The translations under genes were made by a program, and so were the position numbers. The notes beneath the pieces are model-generated. The model ran no database searches, was not told where the DNA came from, and worked only from the letters and a program-made list of their open reading frames with translations. A DNA stretch of 43,399 nt from Catajapyx aquilonaris (Eukaryota), in assembly GCA_000934665.2 (NCBI GenBank), contig KZ538870.1, forward strand, positions 1-43,399, written 5' to 3'. This document shows, piece after piece, positions 11,801 through 24,146 of this stretch. How positions within the stretch are numbered: the stretch's first letter is position 1; every line of letters begins with the position of its first letter.

Positions 11801-14800
11801 ACAAAAATCGATGCCCATTTTGTTCGAGTTTTCAAAGTGATCCATCGATATCGACGGACTAACTACTGAGCATCTTTGACGTTCCTGGTGACTGATGGGT
11901 TTGCAAAGCGCTTTAGAATTTATGAAATATAAAGAGGATGGGGGAGGATCCATCCATCCGAAGGATTCATTTCAACGGCGTGCCTATGTAAACCCCCCCC
12001 CCCCCCCTCNCCCCCCTGCTTGTGCAGTAAAGGACGGCAATCATTTCCGAAGCAGTCAAAGGCGCAAGTTACAAGTTAGTCTTGCTCATTAGATTCTCAG
12101 TTAGAGTTGGGTCCCAGAAGCCGTGCAGATATTACGTATTTATGAAGAATACAGATTTTATAACTTTGCGCAGAATGGGCAACTTGTGAGAGGGAGTAAT
12201 TAGGTACATTAAAGTCGGCTGAATTTCAAATGTTAATAAATCTTCTGGAAACTTTCTCGACTGCAGGATAACTTTGGGAAATATGAAAAATGAGAGTTTA
12301 GTTGAAAAAAATATATATATATATGGAATCGAACATGTTATCGTGTCTGTATTATCTTCAACTTATGTAACTCTATAGGTTGGGGACAAGATGAGCTGCA
12401 GAGTGCAGAGCTTTCTAGAAATAATAATTTGAAAATGTTGTAACCTACTACAAAATCCATACGACTTCTCGTATATGCCTAAAATAACTACTGTCAACAA
12501 GACAGTTTTGTTGCCCAAACTCCTCCCCCAGCTTTCGTTTGTTTACGGGAATATTAGACTTTCTCATTAAATTATCAGAGTCGTAGAGAAATATGTTACA
12601 CTGTATATATCTGCATGGATGAACCAGTTCGAGCTTTTTAGTAGGCTACTGTATGTGAGTGCTACAGTTAGGCCCGTTCGATGTGTCAAATCATTCTTTG
12701 ATGCCACATGTGGAGTGAGAATAATTATTCATATATAGTATACGGTATACCTTCTCAGATATTTTTATATGTAAAGAGAGCAGAACATTAAAGCTTAAAA
12801 ATTTTGCAATATGTTTACATCATGTTACAGTGTCACTTCTGCATGTGTATCTGTATAAGGTGTATAATATACGGATTCATACAAAACTTCTATTGAGCTG
12901 GACTAGAAATTGATAGTCTCATGTGCGACATTTGAATTGACTTGATTTTGCGAGTAGTACTGTACTTGTAGGTATAGTAAGTAAAGAACGTGCCGTCCCG
13001 AGTGCACTGATTTACTGAGTTTTTCTGATTGTTGAAGAACTGGGGCTTTTAAGCGGATATTTGAGCCTGTAGGCCATTTGTTATCCTGCAAGACGGAACT
13101 GATCACGCAGCGGTTAAAGGAGATGGCCCTTCTCAAAGAAGCTCTACCCAAAATAATACTGCATCGGAAACCACACCCTGATCGTCCATCGCGTTATCTG
13201 CATTGTTTCCCTTAGCTGCAACATTGCACAGAACCATTTATATTCATTAGCATATACATGCTTACAGTGTTCTTTTGTCCAAAAAAGTAGTTGGACACAA
13301 TGGCAATATCCCTTCCCAAATGGTGTCCCACAATAATGATAACAAATATATACAAGAAGTGCATATATAGATGTGAAGGTTTGTACACGCGCACATGCTA
13401 CTTTTCTTGGCCATGATTGATTTGCAGCAGGAAGCAATCGAAGGTAGCCAGTCTGCCGTATTTCAATCCCCCTCGGCTGATTTAATCCTTCCCAACACGG
13501 AAACATGGAGCGTGCCATTTTATGAAACCATAATATTCCACAAGGCGCTTAAAAAGGGAAGGCTGGGCCTGAATCGACTGCAACTGAACTTCCGGGAGAG
13601 CTTAGCAAGGTCCCCCCCCCCCCCTCCCCGAGCCCCAAGCAACAAGTGCTCAAGTGGTAAGCAATCCCTCGAATAGGCTGTGGCCAAAGTCAGGATTTGA
13701 GTAGGAATGACCCCGGCTGCTCCTACAGCACGGAAGCCACTTCTTCAAGTAAGCCACGGGTCGATCCCAGAAGTGAGGCCATAGAAAAGTGGAAAAGTCC
13801 TTTTCAGCCTTCACCGTCACGAACCTTTCCGAATGAATAAATCCCTCGACATGTCCGATGCTGAATCCCCTCACTGTACTTTGAATCGAATCGTTTCGAG
13901 CCTGACTGACCTGCCCCCTATATCCTTTTTTTTTTGCCCCCTTGAAAAAAATATATCCACGCGTCTCTAATGTTGCACAGGTCACGCACTATTCACGTAG
14001 CCGCGTAATAAAAATCCAAGTCCCGTGAAATGTTCAGGGTACAGGTTACACCAGCCTCTTTCATTAGTCCACTGCAAAAGGGCTTACCCGACTGGTTACG
14101 AATATGGGCCGACATATGCGAAATCCGTGAAGGGGGACTTGTGAGTATGTGGGAGGAGGGGTAAAATGACGGCTTCCTATAGGTTACAGCTCAGTGTTGA
14201 TGGCTTTGCCCCGCTCCGTGGAAAATCCAGTCCAAACTGAATGCGACATTTTTCCTCCCCCTTGCCTCCCTTTCATCGCCGCTTTCAGAGGAGCTTATTT
14301 TGGAATGTTTGGATAAATCCATTGCGCCCGTCGCTGACGAGCTGGTCGCCTCGCACACTCTTAGTCATTTGGCCTGCCTCCAACTCCCGTTTTGGCAGCC
14401 TAGCTCTCTCTCTAGCAGTTTCTACTATATACACAAGACCCTCCCAACCACCCATCCTGCAGCTGCCTTGCGGGAGACCTGGCCCAACAGGCTAAAGGTG
14501 GTGCCGTCTCCTTTTTGCTTAAAAGGACCCGCCGACGCCTTGCTGCGAATTTGCCGCAACACCAACCTAGGTTTTACGACCAATCGGGCTCGTCAACAAC
14601 TGAACCAAAGTGGGAGAGTTGGTTATAGGCAGCTGATGCTGGGAGTGTCTACAAATACATCTGCGGGGCTGTACTGGGAGGTTGTTGTTGCATAATATCA
14701 TAGTGCGGTGTAATGTATGAGGATGCAGTAAATTAGGGTTGCGCTGTGTGCCATTATGTTTTCTTTTTTCAAATTTCGGGGGTGGTTCACTCATGAGCAC

Positions 14801-14989
14801 TGGCGGAACTGATTAGGCTGTAATGTCATACCTGCCAATGTATTATTTAGTATTGACACATTAATTTATTAATGATCCCTAAATTATACTAATATTTAAT
14901 GTAAATTACAATATTTGCTGCCCTGGAAAGTTAGGTGCCAGGTAGTTAGTGTGCTGACATGCAATAATTTCTTGTTATGAATTAGAGAA

Positions 14990-15328
14990 TGTGATTGATT
15001 TTTATTTTACCCCATTGAGAGATCATCGTTCTATGAGGGGAGTGGAACACCACCATATTTTCCACTTTCTTAATTTTCTTCAGCTCAGTGCAAGGATGAC
15101 AGGACATGGGGTAGGGATGGGGATTTTTGGGGAGGAGACACGGGTGCAGTGCAATGTGATAAACTGGGTCATGTGCAGTCTCCCTAGAGGTTAGGTTGCC
15201 GGACACCTCCACGGCGCAGGTCAGAGACCTTCCTGACGCAGGTGAAAGGGAACTCCCGGGCGAGGACGAACCCGGGACCTTTCACTCAGCATGCCGAGAT
15301 GTTACCATCTCGGCCACCACACCTCCCC
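14990..15328 (-). mobile_element. tRNA-derived SINE, second full-length copy
   Basis: The reverse complement aligns along its length with 5908-6250 (GGGGAGGTGTGGTGGCCGAGATGGTAAC...). Tail AAAATAAAAATCAATCACA. 10-bp TSD AATTAGAGAA at 14980-14989 and 15330-15339. Confidence 0.9.
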
Positions 15329-16841
15329 AAATTAGAGAAAGTTATCCTAAAAGCGCACAATTTGTACTGTAAAAGTGCCTTTATTAGACGTAACGGAACG
15401 CTATTGATAAGCCCAGAAGATAGGGGTAGTGTCCGTGGGCTGGTCACGGGGGTCTGAGGGGGAAACCTATATGAAAAAAACGGAGTTGCAGTGGGCGGTG
15501 TTCCACCCGGTGCAGTGCGGTGGAAACGAAAGGAATAATATATGGATAACTAATCTTCACTTGCTTAAGGCTACCATATGGTCCAAAAAAACAGGCCTAA
15601 TACGCCTACGTCGTGTAATTTGCAATGTAGGTCTGGCTCTGTTTTCTTAGGCCGAGGTCTATATCCCAGCTTAACCAAGTCGAAGTGTTACGGAGGTCGA
15701 GCGCGAACTGTAATTCGAACGCGGCGAGGGATTTGCGGGTTGGAATAGGGTTTGCAATCACAAGACTACAGTTGATCGGTCGTGTCATTGGACCCAGTAG
15801 GCTTTGTATAGACTAATTCCTTGTGAATCCTTACCTGCATGGGGTGAGGATGGGTTTCATTTCGATTTCACTGGGAAAGAAACTGGTCGCGAATGAGAAG
15901 GACGACCAGAAGGTACTACTGCACATATACAGGATACTAGTGCAGTAACTAAGTCTGGATTTTGGTCAGACGTGACTCTACTACTAGTAGTATGTAGGGC
16001 GGTTCAATGTCCAAGTCCTAGTTACAAAAGTGAATAAGTTATGGATTGTTTACCCCCAGTAACAAATATAACACTGATGGAATAATTATTACGATAAGAC
16101 TGTACAATGTTTTGTATAACACCAGAAAAAATGTAATTAATCACTGCCACATTCATTGACTTTTTCTACATTCCTGGTGGTTTGATTAAAATTGCAATGC
16201 GGTTCGTACAAGTATATGAACAATGATCATCTGAGAACGTAATTGAAACAGTTGAGATTCTAGTCATGCGAAGGAAGAAGAGCGATTGAGTGAAGGATAC
16301 ATCACAGGCGATAGGAGAGAAAAAATCCATCCTGAAGAAAATTCTTAAAATAATTGGTAGGCCTATACATCACATTGAACGCGCACCTGTATAAAACCTT
16401 TCGGACCTGACATGTAGCATGCTTTTAGTCCAATTAACGAGCTGTCTTAATTAAGTTATTCAGAAAGAAGTCTTCATTGCATTTCAATTTTTACATGATG
16501 GTAAATGTAATATCTTCTAATATACGGTAGGGTGTCTGAATAAAAACGACCCAAAACTACATATTTATATCTCAAAATTGGTCTAACATGCACATATACC
16601 AATTACGTCAAAGCAAAAGAAACTATTATAATAATTTCCAATTATAATAATTCCAATAATATTCTGTGCGACTCTTAGCCTGGAAAATATGATTTTCATA
16701 ATTTGAAGATCTGAAATACAGAAAAATCGGAGTCACGTTTACCTTATTTCGACATTTGAGGGCTTGAAGGTTCAAATATGTTTCATATGGTGATGAGACA
16801 TGGTTACCTACATATCGGGCACAACGAAAGCAGAAGACAGT

Positions 16842-17357
16842 GAAAGGATGAGGCACAAAATATATGGGCGAGTGGCCTTCCGTTCGATTTGCCTGAAAAT
16901 TGGATATGTTGTGGCCCAGACCATCCTGATCAATGTTAGATAGGGACATTTCGAGGTAGGACCTACAGGGAGCATGCTAATTGCTATTCATCGAAGAGGC
17001 TAGAAGACTGCTATGAGAGAAACCTCGCTTCCTTACATTGTATTGACCCAATGTATGTTGAAGTGCAGCTGGAGGAAACTCCAGATGACAACCTTCAAGG
17101 AGTAGAATTTGAACCAGATGAATAGGTAATAAAGATTAATAGATAATTTAATGCGATAACCATTGAGTTCCTGAGACTTATTGTAGTCTACTACTCCCCC
17201 TATTACCTGCGGAGGTCATTAGCATGCTCCCTGTAGGTCCTACCTCGAAATGTCCATATCCAACATTGATCAGGATGGTCTGGGCCACAACATATCCAAT
17301 TTTCAGGCAAATCGAACGGAAGGCCACTCGCCCATATATTTTGTGCCTCATCCTTTC
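16842..17357. mobile_element. Non-autonomous long-TIR element (about 140-bp TIRs, about 236-bp core)
   Basis: 16842-16981 is the reverse complement of 17218-17357, with two mismatches seen. No TSD recognised; superfamily not assigned. Confidence 0.8.
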
Positions 17358-19160
17358 GGGTCCAACTTCGTACTTATTATTGTCTCAAAAAATTACAGTG
17401 GAAAAACACATTTCCATTGGCCAGAGATACAACATGATAATACGTAGACTATTATGCATAAATGAATAGTGATCAAATCCCAATTAACCATCAAAAAAGG
17501 TATCTCAGCAGACAACTCTTACAGAAATCAAAAATTCAATCGAACTGATCCAATGCATCAATACTCGAAGTGATTCGCTTCAGACATGCGCATACCATGT
17601 GGACGATACTAGGGAAACTCTCAAATGGAGATCTTACGACTGGAGATAACACAACAAGCATCAAATAAGTCATCTGGAATGAAAAACAAATATTAAAATT
17701 CAGTCAATCAATTTTCTCAGGTAATCCGGCATGAATATATCGGGCTTTTCAAAAATCTCCTGTCTTTCCAACAACCACCAGATGATAATTCATTGCATCT
17801 CTGACCTCAACCAGACATTTACAGACAAGTAACAGTTATTGGAGAAAATGCAGCTGCTTCCGGTACTCCTCTCCGCCTTGTTTAATTTCAAGAAAATGAT
17901 GTGCTCGCTCCGACGCCTTTCATCGCTCGACAAGAGTGTCACAAAAAGCTGCTGGTGAAAGAGGGAATCTATCCTCACTAAGCACGCCGTCTTGCTTTCA
18001 GCCTAAATATCCATGAATAGTCAAAGGGACAGGGGGTGGCACAAGTGTCTGTCGTGCTCAAGAAAGAGTCTCCAAAAATGAACTCCAGAAGGGGACGATG
18101 TTGTGCCTGTGTTTTTGGTAGTATAGTCCAACACTATTCATTAAATGCGAGTAAATCCATGCTGCTAAATGCACCCATACATTGTCGTGATAATTCACAC
18201 ATCTAATTGAGAATTCAACACCAATAATGGGCTGGGGCATGCTGGTAACCGCGTATTGCAATTCTATAGTGTAATTATTGATTCATAAAATAGATTTTGA
18301 ATTCGGAATGAGGGTTTTCGTAGGTTTGTTGACAATATATAGGGTGTTTACTTTATCACGGCTCTTTTTGGTGTATCATAGAGCATTTTGTGCTGGCTGG
18401 TAATTATCTTGCAAACTGCGGATTAAATAGATTCGGGATTTAATAAGAACTGGGAGCGAGTGCATGCTATGTTCATTAATTACTGCATGATGATGCGATA
18501 GGAAATAACAAAAGCAGCCTGACACAAAACATCAATATCTTGATCCATCTGGAGCTGCCAATTTCATGAAACAGTAAGAATGAATTGATAAGCATAAAAA
18601 TAAGCACAAGAACATATTTCATATAGTATTATCATTAAAAGGGGTTAACCACGCGACTGTAAAGTGTACACTGGAGTACCAAATTCAAGGAGTACCAAAT
18701 AGTAAGGTACGTAAGGAGTAACCACTCGCAGGTGTACACCGGAGTACCGAAGTGGTTACCCGCTTGATTAGACCCATGTAACTACAGCTGGAGTAAAATG
18801 GTGTCAACAAACTTTTGTACATAACGGTATGATTTTACATCCTATTGCAGGTGACATATTAGCACTGATAATTATCCTGAATATGTGCACTCTGCTGTAC
18901 ACTTTTAACGAGTTCAGTTAATCACAAAAGGGCCTTACAAAACTGGACAAATTCTATCATTGTGATAGAAATACTGTTGTCTTGAAAATATGATATGAAT
19001 GGGAAATAATCTTATTTGACCACTGTTGCTTCCAATGCGTTGCCACTACTTATATAGGTTGCTCTAGCTTTTGCCTTCTCATACCTCTTGAACTGGGACT
19101 TGGGCAGTGCACCACCCTGTATGTAGGCTTATACTACACGGTATACGATATGAGGATTAA

Positions 19161-19289
19161 GGGCCGGTTTCACCGAGCTCGGTATATGATAAAACCAGGT
19201 TTTTTTCAAAAAAATCCCTACATATTTGTATGTATTTTCCTAAAGAAACCTGGTTTTATATCATATACCGAGCTCGGTGAAACCGGCCC
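19161..19289. mobile_element. PIF/Harbinger-type (Tourist-like) MITE
   Basis: TIRs of about 42 bp starting GGGCCGGTTTCACCGAGCTCGGTATATGATA. TAA on both sides (19158-19160, 19290-19292). Confidence 0.88.
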
Positions 19290-20072
19290 TAAGCTATATA
19301 TTGTACATGCAACCGTCTCCTGATCGAAGTGAGCAAGGCTCTTCCGAGCATCCATCAAGAAAATTATGTCATAGAATTGAATGGCTGACAAATTGTGAAA
19401 TGCAAGCGACGCATGCGTGAGAGATTGTTTTCGCTTTTTGCATAAAAATGGAAATGGGATATGTGGTGATTTAGTCGAAACTTGGTTATTCCCTCAATAG
19501 TGTGTAATCGATGCTTCATTATTTTACGCAAAATTGATACTAGGACATAAGTGGGACATTGATGCAACGAGTCGCGGAGCTAGATCATATTCGACGTAAA
19601 TGGTAAAATCCTGTTCTGCTTAAAAGCTAATCATCCAGTATGAAATAGCAAATCGTAAATATGTCATGACCACAAACATCACCTTTATAAGTCTCAATAA
19701 ATCTGAATAGAGACGTTATTTCTCAAACAAAATTGCTGACGGAATCCTATAGCTACTAATAAATGACGCAAATCAAAATTGAATTAATTCTTATATTTAT
19801 ATATTTTAAATATAATTGCAATTCTTTTAATAAATGCGTTAATTTAATAATTTGCATCATGACATGCCTATTTAAGTAGCGAGCATTCTTTCAGCGATCC
19901 AGTTTATTATATCAATGTCTGTAAAGATTTGACAACACTCTTAATAATATTGATTGGTAACCAATCAACAATAATTAAATACCCGCCGTCAACACTTTCC
20001 AGGCAATGATACAATCCAGCCTTAGTCGAGACACGTATTGTCGAATATATTGTAGCAGTGTCAGGTATTTGA

Positions 20073-20577
20073 AAATGTGGCCAAATCACCGTGGGTCCTG
20101 AAATAACGCAGATGACCAGAGAGCATTTTACTCAACTTCTACGTGGTGAAATTTCTTGCAAAGGTAATCTAAGTTACATCTGCTTTTCAAAACAATTTAA
20201 TAATATAATATATTAAAAACATCCTAATAAGGGCGAGGATGACATAATTAATGTCATTTATCACCCTGCGCATGTACAGTACGTATACTGGATGCATATA
20301 CTGCAAGGGTAGTATATATTATATATTTTATCGTCTAAATTATTAAGTTACATTATATTTATATTATATATGCGCAGGGTGATAAATGACATTAATTATG
20401 TCATCCTCGCCCTTATTAGGATGTTTTTAATATATTATATTATTAAATTGTTTTGAAAAACAGATGAGACTTTGCTTGGATTATACCTTTGCAAGAAATT
20501 TCACCACGTAGAAGTAGAGTAAAATGCTCTCTGGTCATCTGCGTTATTTCAGGTCCCACGGTGATTTGGCCACATTT
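20073..20577. repeat. Long inverted repeat / foldback (arms about 200 bp, AT-rich spacer about 96 bp)
   Basis: 20073-20273 is the reverse complement of 20370-20577, with a few substitutions and small indels. No TSD seen. Confidence 0.9.
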
Positions 20578-23500
20578 AAACAAGGACGGAAAATGTGTTC
20601 GAGTCGTTCTGTTGGGCCATTCAATTATTGTTGATCTTACCTTGGGAGGTGAAGGCAACTGGGGACATTCTCTGCTTTAGACATGTACTGTACAGTATAG
20701 TAAAAGCATGATAATGCAGTTTACGGAAGCAGAATAGCTGCAGGGAAGCCACTGAAACAGATGGGTTGTTGTTGGCCTAAATGCATGAACGAAGAATACT
20801 GTCTTGGATGCGACTGATACTGCTGTTCTGCAGTGCACAAAATTTAAAAATCACCGCGGGCTATATTCAGAAACATGTAGCTATTCCCAGGCACAACGTG
20901 ACAACACCACAAACAAATGCCAGCAGGAATATTCGAACGAGTCATTAAAAGGGATGTGTTAGGGTTTTAAAGCAATAAAATAACAATACTGACAAAGCAA
21001 ATAATTTAAGTGGCTAAAAGAGTTTGGTGATCAAATATAGCATGGAAACATTGAGTGACGTCATGGTCTAACTTTTTAAAGTTGTTCTTCTGTAATGGTC
21101 AAAATGGAATGATGACTGCAGGAAATACACACTCATTAAAATGCTCATCAGTCCATATAAAATTCGGTCAGAGTCAACAAAAACAGTGTGGCCTCGAGTG
21201 CTTCACAGTAAAGGTGACAGGATAAGCAACTCTATTCGCAGGTAAGCCTTCAACATACTCGTACAGATAGAGCAACATTTTACAGCGTTGAAAGGGCGTA
21301 ATTAAATAATTAAAAAAAAACATGGTTACAATATTTAAATAACTGACACATGAATCATTATTATTGTTACCCAAACAGTGGTTCCATTAGGCAGCGGATC
21401 CTGCAAACTGTAGTGTATAATGCATCAATTTGCGTAGTGATTACTATTCATAAAAATATCATTTTGTTCCCCCGAGTATTTGAAAATTTGTTTTATTATT
21501 CGAGCACACTTTCCAACCAGCTATCATTCATTATCGCGAACATACTACATGGTATATACTACATAGTTGAGAGGTCACATTTTAAAATACAGTAAAAAAA
21601 TAGCATTACAATTAGTTCTGTTATAATCCGGATAATTTATCTCGTACCACCTGCTAAAAGTTTTTCACTTAATTTGGGTGACTTCAAACTTGGCAAAAAA
21701 AAAAACTTTGCTGGGAATGGTCGATATCAAGGCTTGATCTTGAACCACATCCAAAATTTGGAAATCGATTAATTTGCCCTCCGTGCAGCTTCAACTCCCT
21801 GATGCTTGATAAATCGACCGCACCTGAATCCACGACCTTTCCCAGAAAAATTATTAATCGTCCCCGGACAATCTTCCTCCAAAATCGCCCAAGATTGCCG
21901 CCATATCTCTCCTCTCATTTTCCCATAAACTATGCAAATATTGTCGATAATAGACACACATATGAGCCTAATGTTATAATGAAGGCACCTTTAAAAAAAA
22001 ACAACTAGGTGTCTCGAAAAGCATCCAACGGAGCATTAACCTACTTGGCTGCATCGCTTATCTCTATCCCCCTCATTTATTGACCCAAGCTCACGTTATT
22101 ATCCAACATGTCTAATTTAGGCCCAGAGTGAGTAAGCACATGGGATTAAGCGGAAGATTTGTTTCGGCAGTCATCAGCAATTTACGGCCAGCGATTAAAT
22201 TTAAAATTAACTACAAGCTTGAAGCTAAGCATCGAGCTGTCTCCCTATGTGTACTTTGAAGTAGAGGCCAATCTGTGCAAAGCTCCTGAACAAACGGAGA
22301 AAGGTACACACGCAAGTGGATATGGCCCAGTGTCTAACTCCCATATGCTCCATCATCCTAAAAAGAGCCTTAGGTTTTCATGTACCTCCAACAGAATTAT
22401 TTCTTGTCGCTTCAGTATCAATTACTAGGAGACAACATGGTCCCAGAAATTTGCATCTCCCTCCACCCCTCCCCACCCCCCACACACAGTATGACAAATC
22501 CAGGGCGGTCCCTTTGTACTAAGTGGATGGCATTAACCACACTTGGCGGAATTTACACTATGCGGGATTAACGGCCACTGCGGCATGTTTGAGAGGTGGC
22601 TTCCCCAGTGTGGATCGAAAATTTGCTTGCGGTTACGGTAAACATGTAGATTAAATCTGTGGGGGGTTGGTTTTGGAGGGGGGGAGGGGAACAAACACGC
22701 TACCTTTATTCTGGTGACAAAAACTTTTCTGACTTCAGGGCATGTTTGTCAAGTGGGGTAGAAATGTATTTAGACATTCAGCCAACAAAACGGGTTGAAA
22801 AACAAAAAATGGCGAAAACCTTCTCCCTGACACCTTGCACGTATTGGATGCTTTTGATGCGATTTCCAATAGTTATGAAACTAACCCAAGAAAGTTTGGG
22901 GGGAAATTGACGGGAAACATCGTGTCTTGTTTTTCGCTTCCTTCTTCGAAGGTTAGTGTGTACTGTTAGCTTGGCAACGCTTGTCTCTCATTCACGCCTT
23001 CCGGGAACATTTCGTGTCTTCATCATTACCACAGCGGTTCCCAATTTGATAGATGTGCAGCCGAGAGGAAAAATTGGAAGTCGCAAAAAAAAAGGGGGGG
23101 CTTCCTTCCTGGTCCCATGTATAGAGGCGGTCCTGCCTGAACAGAATGGTAAGCTTGTTAACTCGACAGGATGCTGGACGGTCCGAAAGCAAATTATCTC
23201 AAGAGTAGGATGGAGATATTTTTATCTGGGAGAAAAGGGGTGTATTATAAATGGGGTTTTTGAGGATTACATGTAGATCTGAGATCTGAGGCGAGCCCAC
23301 AATGAGGATGTGAAATGGGTTGTGAGAACTGCGCCAGAGTACCGGAAATTTTATTTTGATTCCGTCAAATACAAATCCTTTCCGCTTCGACGATTTTATT
23401 CAATTTCCTAGGAAATATCAGGTTAACTGATATCCGCCGTAGGAATGATTCGCAGAGTCATGCAAGAGGTCTTTGGATATAGATATGAAATGTTCTATTT

Positions 23501-24029
23501 TCTCTTATGATTGGATTATATCGTATGGCCTGCGACAAACTGCGCAACCAAGCACTCAACAGAATAATTTTGAATTTCAGTTCCATCCTGATTTCGCCCA
23601 CATAAAAACGTCTATACAAGGATTTGTATGGCTCATTTTTTTTTTTTTTTTTGGTTTGCTCATAATATGATTGTGCATGTATGGGCGAATGGCTACATAA
23701 TATGTTTCATTACACAGTGAACTGCTTATTCTGGGAGGTTCATCTTGACCGCCTTGTGTGATGGATGATAGTTGGATTTTAGTACCCACAATCGACAGAA
23801 TACATGCTAGTCACTTTCTAACTGACCGATTACGTGTCTGGTATGTGTTAATGTGTACCGTTGTCTTTCACACACAAGAGAATGTGTGTCTATGTGGCCC
23901 ATTCTGCTGCAACCACACCTCTTTTGCGAGACCTTTATGTCGAAGCTATATGAGCCATGTTTCCATGGAGACACGTCCGCTTGTGTGTGAAGCACAACGG
24001 TGCAGACCTACAGATCTACCAGACAAGTA

Positions 24030-24146
24030 ATCGGTCACTATACGAACGCAACCGAGTGGCCAATTTTATTACAGGAATTTTATTACAAACTGTATTCCTT
24101 CCTGTAATAAAATTGGCCACTTGGTTGCGTTCATATAGTGACTGAT
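24030..24146. mobile_element. Palindromic MITE-like element with arms of about 48 bp
   Basis: atcggtcactatacgaacgcaaccgagtggccaattttattacaggaa pairs with ttcctgtaataaaattggccacttggttgcgttcatatagtgactgat (three transition mismatches). Confidence 0.8.

Noticed and set aside
16527..16560. Isolated Tc1/mariner-like ends (agggtgtctgaataaaaacgaccc here; similar solo ends near 6545-6562 and 37081-37094)
   Set aside because: No partner TIR found, so the elements cannot be delimited.
16626..17447. Near-identical ORF starts on opposite strands (MSLSNIDQDG / MSISNIDQDG)
   Set aside because: Simply the two TIRs of the 16842-17357 element read in opposite directions.
17480..17615. LTIKKGISADNS / YHVDD, faintly like a LINE reverse transcriptase
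   Set aside because: Too short and degenerate, and not in a continuous frame.
22161..22177. Minus-strand CTGATGA-ctgcc-GAAAC, resembling a hammerhead ribozyme core
   Set aside because: No pairable stem II and no convincing stems I or III with a UH cleavage site.
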